From an uncultured Verrucomicrobiales bacterium (GTDB lineage: Bacteria; Verrucomicrobiota; Verrucomicrobiia; Verrucomicrobiales; DEV007), in contig CALKOM010000108.1 in NCBI GenBank assembly GCA_938091905.1, forward strand, positions 23,193 through 87,192: a DNA stretch of 64,000 bases, in the 5' to 3' direction. Under the pieces are notes generated by a model. The model did not search any database and was not told the origin of the DNA. It saw nothing but the letters and a program-made list of their open reading frames with translations. This document shows positions 1 through 9,302 of the stretch, in pieces. The first letter of the stretch is position 1. Every line of letters starts with the position of its first letter. Position numbers and translations under genes: made by a program.

Positions 1-845
1 TTTTCCCAGTCCTTGGCGGCGGTGGCACCTATTCGCAGTTCCACTGCACTAACGCAGTGTCAAGAACGATGGGTTGCAAGACAGCGGTTCGATGCGCTTA
101 AGGCCCAGGAACGAATGGCTGTTGACCTAACCACTCACGACATGTTGGAGCAGAATTTCCTGAAGCCGTCCTTTGTTTCCTGGCAAGAGCAAGGTCTCCA
201 CCGTGCCTTCGGGTAATCTTGAAAAAGCTTCACCTGTTGGGGCAAACAAGTTCGAAACTAGTACTGGTCCTAGGGCGCTATTCAATTCGGGTAGGAGAGG
301 AAAGCTCTCTTGCTGTGTAGGATCAAGGAAACCAGCCGCCTCCGCAGCAACCATCAGAGTAGTGAAGCGCCCGTCGTTTGCGAGAAAGGCCCAAAAGTTG
401 AGGGTAGTTGGATGGAGGAGGACGCGATCTATTGTATGGACGACTCCATTCGCCACCGAGATATCTTTGGTGATGACTTTAGCATCATTTGAGAACAAAC
501 CATCGTTCTCATTAACAATGGCCAGCTTTTGGCCAGACAATGTCTCGCCTGAAGAAAGAGTTTTGACGGCTTTCGCGCTGAGTGAGGCGCCAACCACATG
601 ATAACTAAGGATCTCGACGAGCCGTTGATGATTCTCAGCGAGCAAAAGCGACTCCACAGTACCATTCGGTAATAGATCAAAAGCTTGGTCGGTGGGAGCC
701 AAAACGGTGATAGCTTCAGCATTGGTTAGGAATACAAGGGGGGTGGCTTCACCAAACACACCCTAGTAATGTCGTGAAACGACCGTCTTCGGTTAGGATC
801 TCAGCGATGGATTTCGACTGTTTCGCATGGCACAGGCAGGTTAAG
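1..845 (-). pseudogene. Fasciclin (FAS1) repeat protein, decayed
   Basis: ORF 127..759 carries two FAS1 repeats (TVLAPTDQAF...ILSYHVV...NGVVHTIDRVL; NLFAPTGEAF...ILLQHVV). The start of repeat 1 (KSIAEILTEDGRFTTLL) lies in another frame at ~760-820, indicating a frameshift. An in-frame TAG at 127-129 cuts repeat 2. The 5' end is lost at the ISL3 junction (~845). Confidence 0.8.
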
Positions 846-855
846 TGAATTAAGA

Positions 856-1848
856 ATCAAGGTCGAGCGGGTTCCGTGGGCCGAGGGCAAACAACGGATG
901 ACGAACGATTTCAGACATTTCTTGACCACCTGGGCACGTCGCCTCACATGGCAGGAGGTCGCCGCTTGCTTTCACACGAGTTGGAACACGGTTTATCGAG
1001 TGGTGCGCTCGACTGTGGAATGGGGCTTGGATAACAGGGTTTTGAGCGGGATTACTGCCATCGGTGTTGATGAGATCCACATCCGGAAGGGGCACAACTA
1101 CATGACTCTTGTCTATCAGATTGACGAAGGCAAACGGCGTCTTCTTGCCATCCGCCCAGGGCGTAAAATCAAGACACTGATGCGCTGTTTTCGCGACCTT
1201 GGTCCAGGCACTTGCTCTGAAATTCGCTTTGTCTGCAGCGACCTGTGGAAAGCCTATTTGAAAGTGATCGCCAAACGTTTGCCTCAGGCGATTCACGTGC
1301 TCGATAAGTTCCACATGGTTGCTCATCTTCACAAAGCAGTCGATGAGGTTCGCCGTGAAGAATCGACTCGCTTGGCCAAAGAGGGCTACGAGCCCATTCT
1401 GAAGAAGAGCAAATACTGCTTCCTCAAACGACCTGAGAACCTCACGCCGAACCAAGAACTGAAGCTTGGTGAACTTTTACAATACAACTTGAAGAGTTTG
1501 CGAGCCTACCCGTTGAAAGAGAGCTTTCGAGCGCTATGGGAGTACGAATCGGTGAGATGGGCCAAGTGGTATTGGAAGAACTGGAGCGCACGGGCTATGC
1601 GCTCACAGCTTGAGCCGATCAAGAAATTCGTGAAGACCATGCGCCATCACAAGGAGCTGATCTTCAACTATTGGAAGGCAAAGAAGGCGTTCAACTCTGG
1701 CGTTGTCGAAGGGCTCAACCGGAAAGTGAATGTTGTCACAAGAAAGGCCTACGGCTTTCGTAGTGAAGAAGTCTACCGAATTGCGCTATTTCACACTCTT
1801 GGAGGCCTTCCAGAGCCTCCAGCCCCCCACAAATACTGCTGACGAGGC
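856..1848 (+). mobile_element. Partial ISL3-family insertion sequence (left end missing)
   Basis: Transposase similarity starts abruptly at ~856 (IKVERVPWAEGKQRMT). The gene ends in CCCACAAATACTGCTGACGAGGC, which resembles an ISL3 right end overlapping the stop codon. No matching left IR is seen upstream. Confidence 0.8.
898..1842 (+). CDS. ISL3-family transposase, N-terminally truncated (probably non-functional)
   Basis: Motifs AIGVDE, VCSDLWKAY, LDKFH and SGVVEGLNRKVNVVTRKAYGFRS. The N-terminal Cys-rich region typical of ISL3 transposases is absent. Confidence 0.85.
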   Translation: MTNDFRHFLTTWARRLTWQEVAACFHTSWNTVYRVVRSTVEWGLDNRVLSGITAIGVDEIHIRKGHNYMTLVYQIDEGKRRLLAIRPGRKIKTLMRCFRDLGPGTCSEIRFVCSDLWKAYLKVIAKRLPQAIHVLDKFHMVAHLHKAVDEVRREESTRLAKEGYEPILKKSKYCFLKRPENLTPNQELKLGELLQYNLKSLRAYPLKESFRALWEYESVRWAKWYWKNWSARAMRSQLEPIKKFVKTMRHHKELIFNYWKAKKAFNSGVVEGLNRKVNVVTRKAYGFRSEEVYRIALFHTLGGLPEPPAPHKYC

Positions 1849-1849
1849 G

Positions 1850-2110
1850 AATTTTAGATACCGTCGTCCTAAGGGCGGGACCCAATCCACCAATACACTC
1901 TACACCGTTGGCGAACTCTCCTGTCGTCTTGAAACAGCCTCCACATTGACGGGTGAGGGGGCGTGGAGCGAGGTTCCCGATCGGTGGAACATCTTGGACG
2001 ATCGGACGGATAATCTCGACGGTACGGAAACCGTGACTTGCCGCACCCTACTCGACGGTTCCGATACCCTCTCTTGAAGGCTAAGGGTCGTCTATACTCC
2101 AGCTTCTTGA
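1850..2110 (+). pseudogene. Orphan C-terminal module of a large secreted protein
   Basis: Reads NFRYRRP...LSCRLETASTLTGEGAW...DNLDGTETVTCRTLLDGSDTLS*RLRVVYTPAS*. It matches the C-terminal module of the CDSs ending at 22318, 45247 and 55651. In-frame TGA at 2075-2077. Confidence 0.6.
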
Positions 2111-2133
2111 CAAAATAATAGCTAACCCCGTGT

Positions 2134-3591
2134 TTAATCGCTGGGGATTTGGTTAAGCGTGTAATACGCTACCGGGTGTAACAACGGAAATCCCTTGGCT
2201 GATTTGACACCCGGAAGAAGCAATTCATGCACGTGCCCTTTGGTAAGCTGATCAAGCGTGATCCTCACAGAAAGACCATCGGAGTTGGGAGTAGCCTTGG
2301 TGACGGTCGGGGTGAGTTTGTCGACAACAGGACTGCCATAGTTGGATTGATAAATGTAAGTATATGCCTTGGCGTTGTAACTGGCGAGATCTTTTAGCGT
2401 GGCAACGTCAGCAGGCTGCGTAAATGTGATCTCAAAGCCATCGGGCTTCGCGCTGACATGGAGCATTTCGAATGGTACTTCGCCGGTCCAGTTGACGCGC
2501 TCGAGAGCAAAGTTAGACCCACCGCGTGATCCCCATCCGCGACTTGTGCCTCCATTGAAGAGAATGCCATCTTCACCGAAGCGAATGGCAACATTGCCAG
2601 ACTTGAAGCCGGAGAGAAACGGAAAACAAGCGCCTTGGTAAACCCCGTTGACCTGTTCCAGGGAAACCCGTTGCACTTGGGATGCCGTTTGCTCGGCTAT
2701 GAAGAGCTGTTTCTTGAACGGTCCAAATTTGCCGTCCGTCTGATCGCAGGCAATACCGGCAGGCGAGTTGCCCATGCTACCATGAGGCAAGATGCAAGCG
2801 GGCGGGACGTATTCTGGGATGCGCTCGGCTTCTTCCACGATGCGACTGCCACTCTTCGGATCTTCAGGCCGAGGACCGATAGCGTCGGTAAGTTGATAGT
2901 GAACATTGCCCGTTGGATTGCCTTGGAAGGAACCAACTTTGAGATGTTTGAGAGAGCTTGAGCCATTCCAGGGGCCTTGATTATCGCAGTAGAACATGTC
3001 CCCAAGGTGATTTGCGCCGATGCCGCCAGGCGAGCGAATGCCACTGGTTGTTGGGATCACCTTCCCATCTGGGGTCACGCGTACGCACCAGCCACGGTAA
3101 TCTGCTCGCGTACCACCGGAACCAGTGAGGCAAAGGACAACCCAGATGTTCCCGTCCTTGTCGTGGCGAGAGCCAAAGGCGTACTCATGATAGTCCCCAC
3201 AGATACCCCATCCATCACTGAGCGTTTCAAAGACGTCAGCACGCCCGTCGCCATCGGTGTCTCGAAGGCGGGACACTTCAGGCCGCTGGGTAGCGTAAAG
3301 CCAGCCGTCTTTGTAAGAGAGACCGAGAGATTCGTGGATGCCTTCAGCAAAGAGCTGATATTGCACTTTGCCAGGATCAGTATCATAGGCACCCGTGAGG
3401 GTGTAGATATCTCCACGGCGCGAGGCCACGGCGATCTTCTGATCCGGAAGGACTTCGATCCCACTGACCTCGAGCACGACTCCGTCTGGAACGGGCAAAG
3501 GGGTGATTGGGTAGTAGTCGGTTTCTTTGGGGTATTCCGCCAGGGCTAGACCGCTGAGTGCGGTGAAGAGAACCAAGAGAGAGCGTTTCAT
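2134..3591 (-). CDS. Secreted glucose/sorbosone-dehydrogenase-like beta-propeller protein (PVC type)
   Basis: Signal peptide MKRSLLVLFTALSGLALA; motifs LRDTDGDGRAD, YHEYAFG, GIRSPGG and DNQGPW. Start placed at ATG 3591. Confidence 0.75.
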   Translation of the reverse strand: MKRSLLVLFTALSGLALAEYPKETDYYPITPLPVPDGVVLEVSGIEVLPDQKIAVASRRGDIYTLTGAYDTDPGKVQYQLFAEGIHESLGLSYKDGWLYATQRPEVSRLRDTDGDGRADVFETLSDGWGICGDYHEYAFGSRHDKDGNIWVVLCLTGSGGTRADYRGWCVRVTPDGKVIPTTSGIRSPGGIGANHLGDMFYCDNQGPWNGSSSLKHLKVGSFQGNPTGNVHYQLTDAIGPRPEDPKSGSRIVEEAERIPEYVPPACILPHGSMGNSPAGIACDQTDGKFGPFKKQLFIAEQTASQVQRVSLEQVNGVYQGACFPFLSGFKSGNVAIRFGEDGILFNGGTSRGWGSRGGSNFALERVNWTGEVPFEMLHVSAKPDGFEITFTQPADVATLKDLASYNAKAYTYIYQSNYGSPVVDKLTPTVTKATPNSDGLSVRITLDQLTKGHVHELLLPGVKSAKGFPLLHPVAYYTLNQIPSD

Positions 3592-3602
3592 GAAGGAGGA
3601 GG

Positions 3603-5405
3603 CTACTGATTGGGCAGGGTGTAGGACAGTTGTTGGTCGATGGTCGCCTCGCCATCGGTGAGGGTAATTGGCGCGAGGAGTTCCCATTGGCCATCGATCT
3701 CGCGAAGGATGGGGCTAGCGCCAGTCGATGAGCTAAGGGTCATGGTGGCAGCGTTCGCAATTCGAAATCCTCCATTGGCCAATGGCTTGATGTCTTTGCC
3801 TGCAGCGGCGCGGAAGTAGAGAGTGTTCTGGCTTGAACCCGTGAGCGTAAGCTTCCGGGATAGACTAGCAGAGTTGTTGGCCGCCTGGCCGCTTGGCGTA
3901 TAGACATCTTCGATCGCGAGCTCGCCAAAGTGGTAATTGAAGACGGGCAATCGCTGACTGCCTATGAGGCTGTATCCCTTGAAGCGGTATCCTTTCGACC
4001 TCAACTGTGCCTCCGGCCAGGCATCTAACAAGGACTCAAGATTTGCAAAGGGCTGGCCCTCAGGACCAGCTATCACCCCATAGCCCAACGGAGGCTGATG
4101 TCCCTGACCGCGTCCGTTCCAGTGGCGTCCCGCATCTATGAATCCACCAATCCAAACGAGCGCGAGACGCATCTGATCAGCATCGAATGCCAGATTAATC
4201 CCGCCATCGTAGCCCACGCCGATCGCTCGATTTCCCGCACCCTGAATGAAGTTGCGGTAGATCTTGGCTTCGCCATTCTGTGAGGCAAGAGGAATGCTCG
4301 GAGCCTGGCGCTTCGATTTCTTCTTGTCGCCCACGGACAGGGGCGTCTCTTTGAAACCTGGCCCAGACCACCCCAGATAGAGCGACTCTTCCCCATCTCG
4401 TTCAAAGTAACTGACGCGAATGGGATGCTCACCTTCTGTTAGTACAGCCTTACCTTTCTTAGTAGAACGACCGTGCACCCCGTCGTGATCAATGACCACG
4501 CTGCCATCAATCTCAAGACGGGAACCATCATCGGAGGAAAGAGTAAAGCCATAGTCACCCGACTTCGGCACGGTCAATTGACCGTCAAACACCAAGGCGA
4601 AATTGTTCCGCCGTTTGGTGATACCGAGATCGATTGCGCCACTGGGAACGTGGTCGGTAGCCTCTGGTGTGAGTTTCTCGAAATCGGGTAGTCTCTCAAA
4701 GGACCCGCGATAAAGCGTGTAAGTGAGTTCAGAAATATCTTTGGCCCTCGTCTGCACCCGTAAGCGACCGTTCATCAACCCTGCATGGCCAGGCAACGAA
4801 CAGATATAGGGATAATCACCGGCTTTCTCGGGGGCGGTGAAGTATTCGTGAGAGGTGGAGTGAGGGTTCACCATTCGACTAGCGAAGAGCACTTTGGGAT
4901 GATCAGGCACCCATTGCTTGTCGAACCCGTCTGCGCCCAATTGCCAGGCGGCTTTGGCCACGTCCATTCCAGAGTCGCTGTCGGGTGTGCAGACGATCAG
5001 ATTGTGATGCATGTCATCCACATTTTGAAAGATGAGCTGAACATTGGCGCCGGGAGCGACCACAATCTCGTCTAGGTCATAACGCATCTGACCCTGCAAC
5101 GTTTGAATCTGAATGACGTCGTCGGGCTTCCCAAAGCCTGCGGGTGCCGCATTGGCCGTTTTCCAATCAGCGACGCGCTGCAGGTAGGACTCTTCCAGTC
5201 TCTTGTGGGAAAGCTTCCTGGTCGACCCATCGGAAAGGTTCAGCGTCACTGCGTCCTCAGAGACCGCAGCGATGGATGCCTTGATCGTCTGGTCTCCGAC
5301 CTTCCAGGTCTCCTGACCCGATGCCAGGGATCCGGTGGGGACCTGTTGGCCAAAGGCCCCAACGAGGCTTGCTAGTAGAAGGGCGAGAGACCAGCGAGTC
5401 ATCAT
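3603..5405 (-). CDS. Secreted multidomain protein: SHD1-like + azurin/auracyanin-like cupredoxin + PA14 + DUF6797-like C-terminal domain
   Basis: Signal peptide; type-1 Cu motif HHN...YPYICSLPGHAGLM; PA14 motifs FTLSSDDGSRL, HDGVHG and YFERDG; C-terminal NLAFDADQMRLALVWIGGFID...YRFKGY. Confidence 0.75.
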   Translation of the reverse strand: MMTRWSLALLLASLVGAFGQQVPTGSLASGQETWKVGDQTIKASIAAVSEDAVTLNLSDGSTRKLSHKRLEESYLQRVADWKTANAAPAGFGKPDDVIQIQTLQGQMRYDLDEIVVAPGANVQLIFQNVDDMHHNLIVCTPDSDSGMDVAKAAWQLGADGFDKQWVPDHPKVLFASRMVNPHSTSHEYFTAPEKAGDYPYICSLPGHAGLMNGRLRVQTRAKDISELTYTLYRGSFERLPDFEKLTPEATDHVPSGAIDLGITKRRNNFALVFDGQLTVPKSGDYGFTLSSDDGSRLEIDGSVVIDHDGVHGRSTKKGKAVLTEGEHPIRVSYFERDGEESLYLGWSGPGFKETPLSVGDKKKSKRQAPSIPLASQNGEAKIYRNFIQGAGNRAIGVGYDGGINLAFDADQMRLALVWIGGFIDAGRHWNGRGQGHQPPLGYGVIAGPEGQPFANLESLLDAWPEAQLRSKGYRFKGYSLIGSQRLPVFNYHFGELAIEDVYTPSGQAANNSASLSRKLTLTGSSQNTLYFRAAAGKDIKPLANGGFRIANAATMTLSSSTGASPILREIDGQWELLAPITLTDGEATIDQQLSYTLPNQ

Positions 5406-5450
5406 AGGCGAGAAAGAAACCCGCCTAGCTCCATGGGTAGCGGACGGCTC

Positions 5451-6170
5451 CTAACCGGTGCGTCGTTTCCACGGACTTCGGAGAAAGGAGGACTTCTCGC
5501 GGCTTGGTCGCGGCTTCTTCTCGATGAGGGTGACCTTACGCTCCCGGGCCCGCGCGAGACTCTTGGCAACGTCGCCTTCGTCAGACCTAGGCACGATTGC
5601 AGCCTGGGCCTCTTCCCCAGTCTTCGTGGACGAAAGTTCGGGGATCTGGCAAGCTTCTAGCCACCTTCGTAACGGAGCATCTTTCCTTACAATCAAGGAA
5701 GCGGCGGCCCAGAGAATCACGGGAGTTGATCGTGCAACGATGCCTCGGAGCGCTCCTGTCATGAAACATGCATCTTGGTCTTCCATGACGCCAAATTCTA
5801 ACAGCGCCCCATTTATTGACATGGCATGTTCTGCCTCTTGGCCTTGAACTTGTTCTGTGAGCTGATGAATGCCAAGGAGATCGACCACACTGGAAAGAGT
5901 GACGCCCAGCATGGACGATGATTCATCGCCACATGCAGACTTCTCGGCGAAGGCCAGAAGGTCACAGGCCACGGCGAGACACGCAGCAGACTCAGAAGGC
6001 GTACGACCACCATCATCTGCGAGATCGATGAGCATGCCAGCCGAACGCCACGACGCGAGAGCTGGGGATGAAGATTCAAACTCAATAGACTGCAGGGCGG
6101 TGTGCAGTGACCGAACGACGACTTCGAGGTGTTCTGTATGAAGTGGCATGACAGGGTGGTGACTTTCCAA
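5451..6170 (-). CDS. Hypothetical protein
   Basis: 239-aa ORF co-oriented with its neighbours; no recognisable motif; start uncertain. Confidence 0.5.
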   Translation of the reverse strand: MESHHPVMPLHTEHLEVVVRSLHTALQSIEFESSSPALASWRSAGMLIDLADDGGRTPSESAACLAVACDLLAFAEKSACGDESSSMLGVTLSSVVDLLGIHQLTEQVQGQEAEHAMSINGALLEFGVMEDQDACFMTGALRGIVARSTPVILWAAASLIVRKDAPLRRWLEACQIPELSSTKTGEEAQAAIVPRSDEGDVAKSLARARERKVTLIEKKPRPSREKSSFLRSPWKRRTG

Positions 6171-6224
6171 GCAAACCTAACATCGAACAGGATTGAGTCA
6201 ATTAACCATAACTACCAAACTAGG

Positions 6225-6836
6225 TTATTTCATGGCGACAAAGTCTGTTACATGATGATAGTCAGGCGGATCGTGCGGCAAATGTGCGTACGAGAAGTGG
6301 TGCCGCTGGGATGGCTCACCGAAGATGAAGCACACATTTCCCTTGCTGGTGGCACCAAAAGCTAGTGCTTCTTGCAAGAAATCTTGCGGTACCGTCAGGC
6401 TTGTTTCCCAGGATGTTTCTGAGGTTTTTGTAACTAACTGAACCGGCCTAAACGGAGCGCTGGTTGCCTCTGTGATAGGTTCTCGATAGCTGGAGAACAG
6501 ACTCGCCCACCAAGCTCCGAACGGTGCTAAATTGATTTCCAAATAGACATCGCTCGTGGCGTGCTTGATGAAAAGTTCACCCACATCGTGTCGCCACAAC
6601 TCCGGTGTGAAAGCATTGGCGTTAGATTCTGCTATGGAGTTGTTCGGATTTTTACAACATCCTGCTGTGAAACTGAGATCCCTACCTGGACCCCATCCTA
6701 GATAGAACCACGGCGAGAATGGCGGCGTCTCCGATTCAAGGGATACCGATAATTCGGTGGACACTTCTAATGGAATGCTTGGGACGTTCACGGCCAAATT
6801 AGCGTGCACTGGCCTCCCAAGAAACCACCTTGTCAT
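6225..6836 (-). CDS. Hypothetical protein, possible DOMON-like domain
   Basis: LWRHDVGELFI...YLEINLAPFGAWW...FSSYR and a C-terminal PDYH resemble DOMON-like proteins; start uncertain. Confidence 0.55.
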   Translation of the reverse strand: MTRWFLGRPVHANLAVNVPSIPLEVSTELSVSLESETPPFSPWFYLGWGPGRDLSFTAGCCKNPNNSIAESNANAFTPELWRHDVGELFIKHATSDVYLEINLAPFGAWWASLFSSYREPITEATSAPFRPVQLVTKTSETSWETSLTVPQDFLQEALAFGATSKGNVCFIFGEPSQRHHFSYAHLPHDPPDYHHVTDFVAMK

Positions 6837-7269
6837 TGAGTAACTCGACAGACCCGACTTTCACCTGCCAGTAAGTGGTCGAAACACCCGGACTAAAGCC
6901 GAGATGGGACCGCCTATAATAGCGGCCTCCATAGCCGTAGTAATACGGATCGTAGCCATACCCGTAGCCTAAAGAGAGGTAGGTCTGCGTGGACGCACGT
7001 TGCCCGGTATAGAGCCAAGTCTCGTAAGGCACCCCACTTCGGCTCCCCTCACGGATATCGTTGGGGCGGCCCCAAGAGAGAAAGACACCTTCTTTGTGCA
7101 TGCCTTCACGAATCTTTCCCTCTGCGACCAACGCACGATCCTGTTCAGAAAGACGATCATAGATCTCCGCATTCTGGGTAATCCGCCGTTCTCGGAGGGT
7201 GGTCGATGAGGCACAGCTTGATAGGAAAGCCAAAACGACGGCGAACAAGATGATGGTGGGGCATTTCAT
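6799..7269 (-). CDS. Putative lipoprotein with Tyr/Gly-rich segment
   Basis: Lipobox FLSSC after a hydrophobic stretch; IREGMHKEGVFLSWGRP and ETWLY resemble BamE/SmpA-like lipoproteins. Confidence 0.7.
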   Translation of the reverse strand: MKCPTIILFAVVLAFLSSCASSTTLRERRITQNAEIYDRLSEQDRALVAEGKIREGMHKEGVFLSWGRPNDIREGSRSGVPYETWLYTGQRASTQTYLSLGYGYGYDPYYYGYGGRYYRRSHLGFSPGVSTTYWQVKVGSVELLNDKVVSWEASAR

Positions 7270-7357
7270 AAGACAGGAGGTTACCGCAGGCATAGAGGCA
7301 GGCAAGGCACCGGAAGTCACTTGTCATTTCCATCGTCCAGGACAAGTTGAAGCGCAG

Positions 7358-8368
7358 ATGGAAGACGCTCACGGCCACCGAATCGCTTACCTGCGAGTCT
7401 CGATCACAGATCGGTGCAATGAGCGCTGCCAATACTGCATGCCAGAGGAGCTTCAAGAATGGCTGCCTCGCCAAGACATTCTTAGCTACGAAGAAATCCT
7501 TCGAGTCCTTCGGGTCGGCGCCGGGCTGGGTATACGTAAGATACGCATCACTGGTGGAGAACCGCTGACAAGGCGCGACGTGCTAGGATTCTTTCGCGCC
7601 GTAAACGCTATTGAAGGCATCGAAGACATTGGGGTATCAACCAATGGCACTTTGTTAGCTACAGAACCAGAATCCTCTGGCATCACCATGGCGCAGCACC
7701 TTGTCGATGCTGGCGTCCGCACAGCCAATGTCTCACTCGATACGCTCGATGCCGAATCCTATCGGCAAACGACTGGGCGCGACTACTTTAACCGCGTCCT
7801 CCAAGGTCTTGATGCCGCAAAGGCTGCGGGCTTTGAAAGCATCAAACTGAACATGGTGCTTATGCGGAATAGCAACGAGGACCAGCTCGTTCCCATGATT
7901 CGCTTTGCACAAGACCGCGGCCTTCTTTTACGTTTTATCGAACTCATGCCGGTGAGCACACGGGACGTCCTCAGGGACGACCGTTTTCTAGCTACTGGCA
8001 GCACCAAGAAACTCATTGAGTCTGAGTTCGGACCACTCACCCCCCGTCCAGACTACAAGACAAACGGCCCAGCAAGCTACTACGAAATACCAACAATGGA
8101 CGGCCAGCTCATCGGCTTCATTGGCGCCATGACAAACCTCCACTTCTGTGAGAGTTGCAACAAACTTCGTCTTACCTGCGACGGCAAACTTCGTCCATGC
8201 TTGGGAAGCTACCTTGAGTTCAACATGAAGGAAGTTCTTCGACAACCCGACGTGACCGACGACGAAATCGCTGCTTTCTTCCAACACGTCGTTGATCGCA
8301 AGCCGAAGGAACACGATTTTCGAAACGACTATTTGCCCAATCGCAAGATGATCGCGATCGGCGGTTAG
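7358..8368 (+). CDS. moaA: GTP 3',8-cyclase (molybdenum cofactor biosynthesis)
   Basis: YLRVSITDRCNERCQYC radical-SAM motif, TGGEP, FCESCNKLRLTCDGKLRPCL and C-terminal IGG. Confidence 0.95.
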   Translation: MEDAHGHRIAYLRVSITDRCNERCQYCMPEELQEWLPRQDILSYEEILRVLRVGAGLGIRKIRITGGEPLTRRDVLGFFRAVNAIEGIEDIGVSTNGTLLATEPESSGITMAQHLVDAGVRTANVSLDTLDAESYRQTTGRDYFNRVLQGLDAAKAAGFESIKLNMVLMRNSNEDQLVPMIRFAQDRGLLLRFIELMPVSTRDVLRDDRFLATGSTKKLIESEFGPLTPRPDYKTNGPASYYEIPTMDGQLIGFIGAMTNLHFCESCNKLRLTCDGKLRPCLGSYLEFNMKEVLRQPDVTDDEIAAFFQHVVDRKPKEHDFRNDYLPNRKMIAIGG

Positions 8369-8372
8369 AGCG

Positions 8373-9302
8373 TTAGGAGTTTCCACGCAATCGCCAGCGC
8401 AGCACCATCGATACCAGGTCGCCCAACAGCACAGCGACACTGCCCAGTAACACGAAGAAGAGCATCTCATCGAGACGATCCTTGGCACGAGCTTCTAACA
8501 AATAATAGCCGAAGGTCGGGATTCCTAACATTCCAAGAACGGTGGCATCGCGCACGCATGTTTCCCACCGATAAAAGAAGAACAGTAGAAGGCGAGAGAA
8601 GGCGTTCGGCACCGCGCTGAATACATAAATTTGAAGTCGCGAGGCCCCTAAACTCCGCTGTTCGGCAGGTCCTGAAGTAGCTTGATTGTCAATCAGTTCC
8701 GAGCCCAGCCGCCCGAGAATCCCCGTATTGTGAATCGCCAGCGCGAGCACGGCTGGCCACGCGTTGAACCCAAGTGCGACGACGAGGAAGAAGGCGATCA
8801 TATATTCAGGAATCGATCGCGCCAAAATCAGTAAGAACCGAAACACACGGTGACTAACACCCCAAACAAACGTTCTCCAACGAGCCACACTTTCATGAGG
8901 CAGTAAGTAAGGGGAAGCTCTGGCCAATCTCCAGCTCGCCATAGGGAGGCTAACGAGGCTAGCCATCCCTGCCATGACGATCGCGACCACCGACAACCCC
9001 AACGTATAGCGAAAAGCCTGCCCTCCGTGAAGCTGCCATTGTTCCGAAAACCAATGCGCACCCAGGCGTAGTTTCTCCGAAAAGCTGGCATCCACAGCTT
9101 GCTGCACAGGAAACGGAAGGGTCTGGCCAAGAAATCTCTTACAATTCGCCATCCGCCGATCCCAATCGAACGAACTCACTTCAAATTCGCCTGTGAACCA
9201 CACCGCAACCAGCAAGAAAGCAAAGCCTAACATCGACAGTCGCACGAATCGATCTCGCGGACGAGTCGAGCGTAGCCGTGCAATCTCTTCCTTCTGGTTC
9301 AT
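8373..9302 (-). CDS. PhnE/PtxC-family ABC transporter permease
   Basis: ARSIPE, GILGRLGSE and YRWETCVRDATVLG; start overlaps the upstream stop. Confidence 0.85.
   Translation of the reverse strand: MNQKEEIARLRSTRPRDRFVRLSMLGFAFLLVAVWFTGEFEVSSFDWDRRMANCKRFLGQTLPFPVQQAVDASFSEKLRLGAHWFSEQWQLHGGQAFRYTLGLSVVAIVMAGMASLVSLPMASWRLARASPYLLPHESVARWRTFVWGVSHRVFRFLLILARSIPEYMIAFFLVVALGFNAWPAVLALAIHNTGILGRLGSELIDNQATSGPAEQRSLGASRLQIYVFSAVPNAFSRLLLFFFYRWETCVRDATVLGMLGIPTFGYYLLEARAKDRLDEMLFFVLLGSVAVLLGDLVSMVLRWRLRGNS

Noticed and set aside
850..1455. 201-aa antisense ORF, and similar shadow ORFs such as 2977..3549, 40444..41046 and 52708..53322
   Set aside because: They lie opposite well-supported genes and show no motifs.
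7199..7357. N-terminal extensions in the ORF track (moaA, rpoA, ECF sigma, tsaD, the 29655 start, rpsF)
   Set aside because: They overlap neighbouring genes or precede the homologous start; downstream ATGs fit better.
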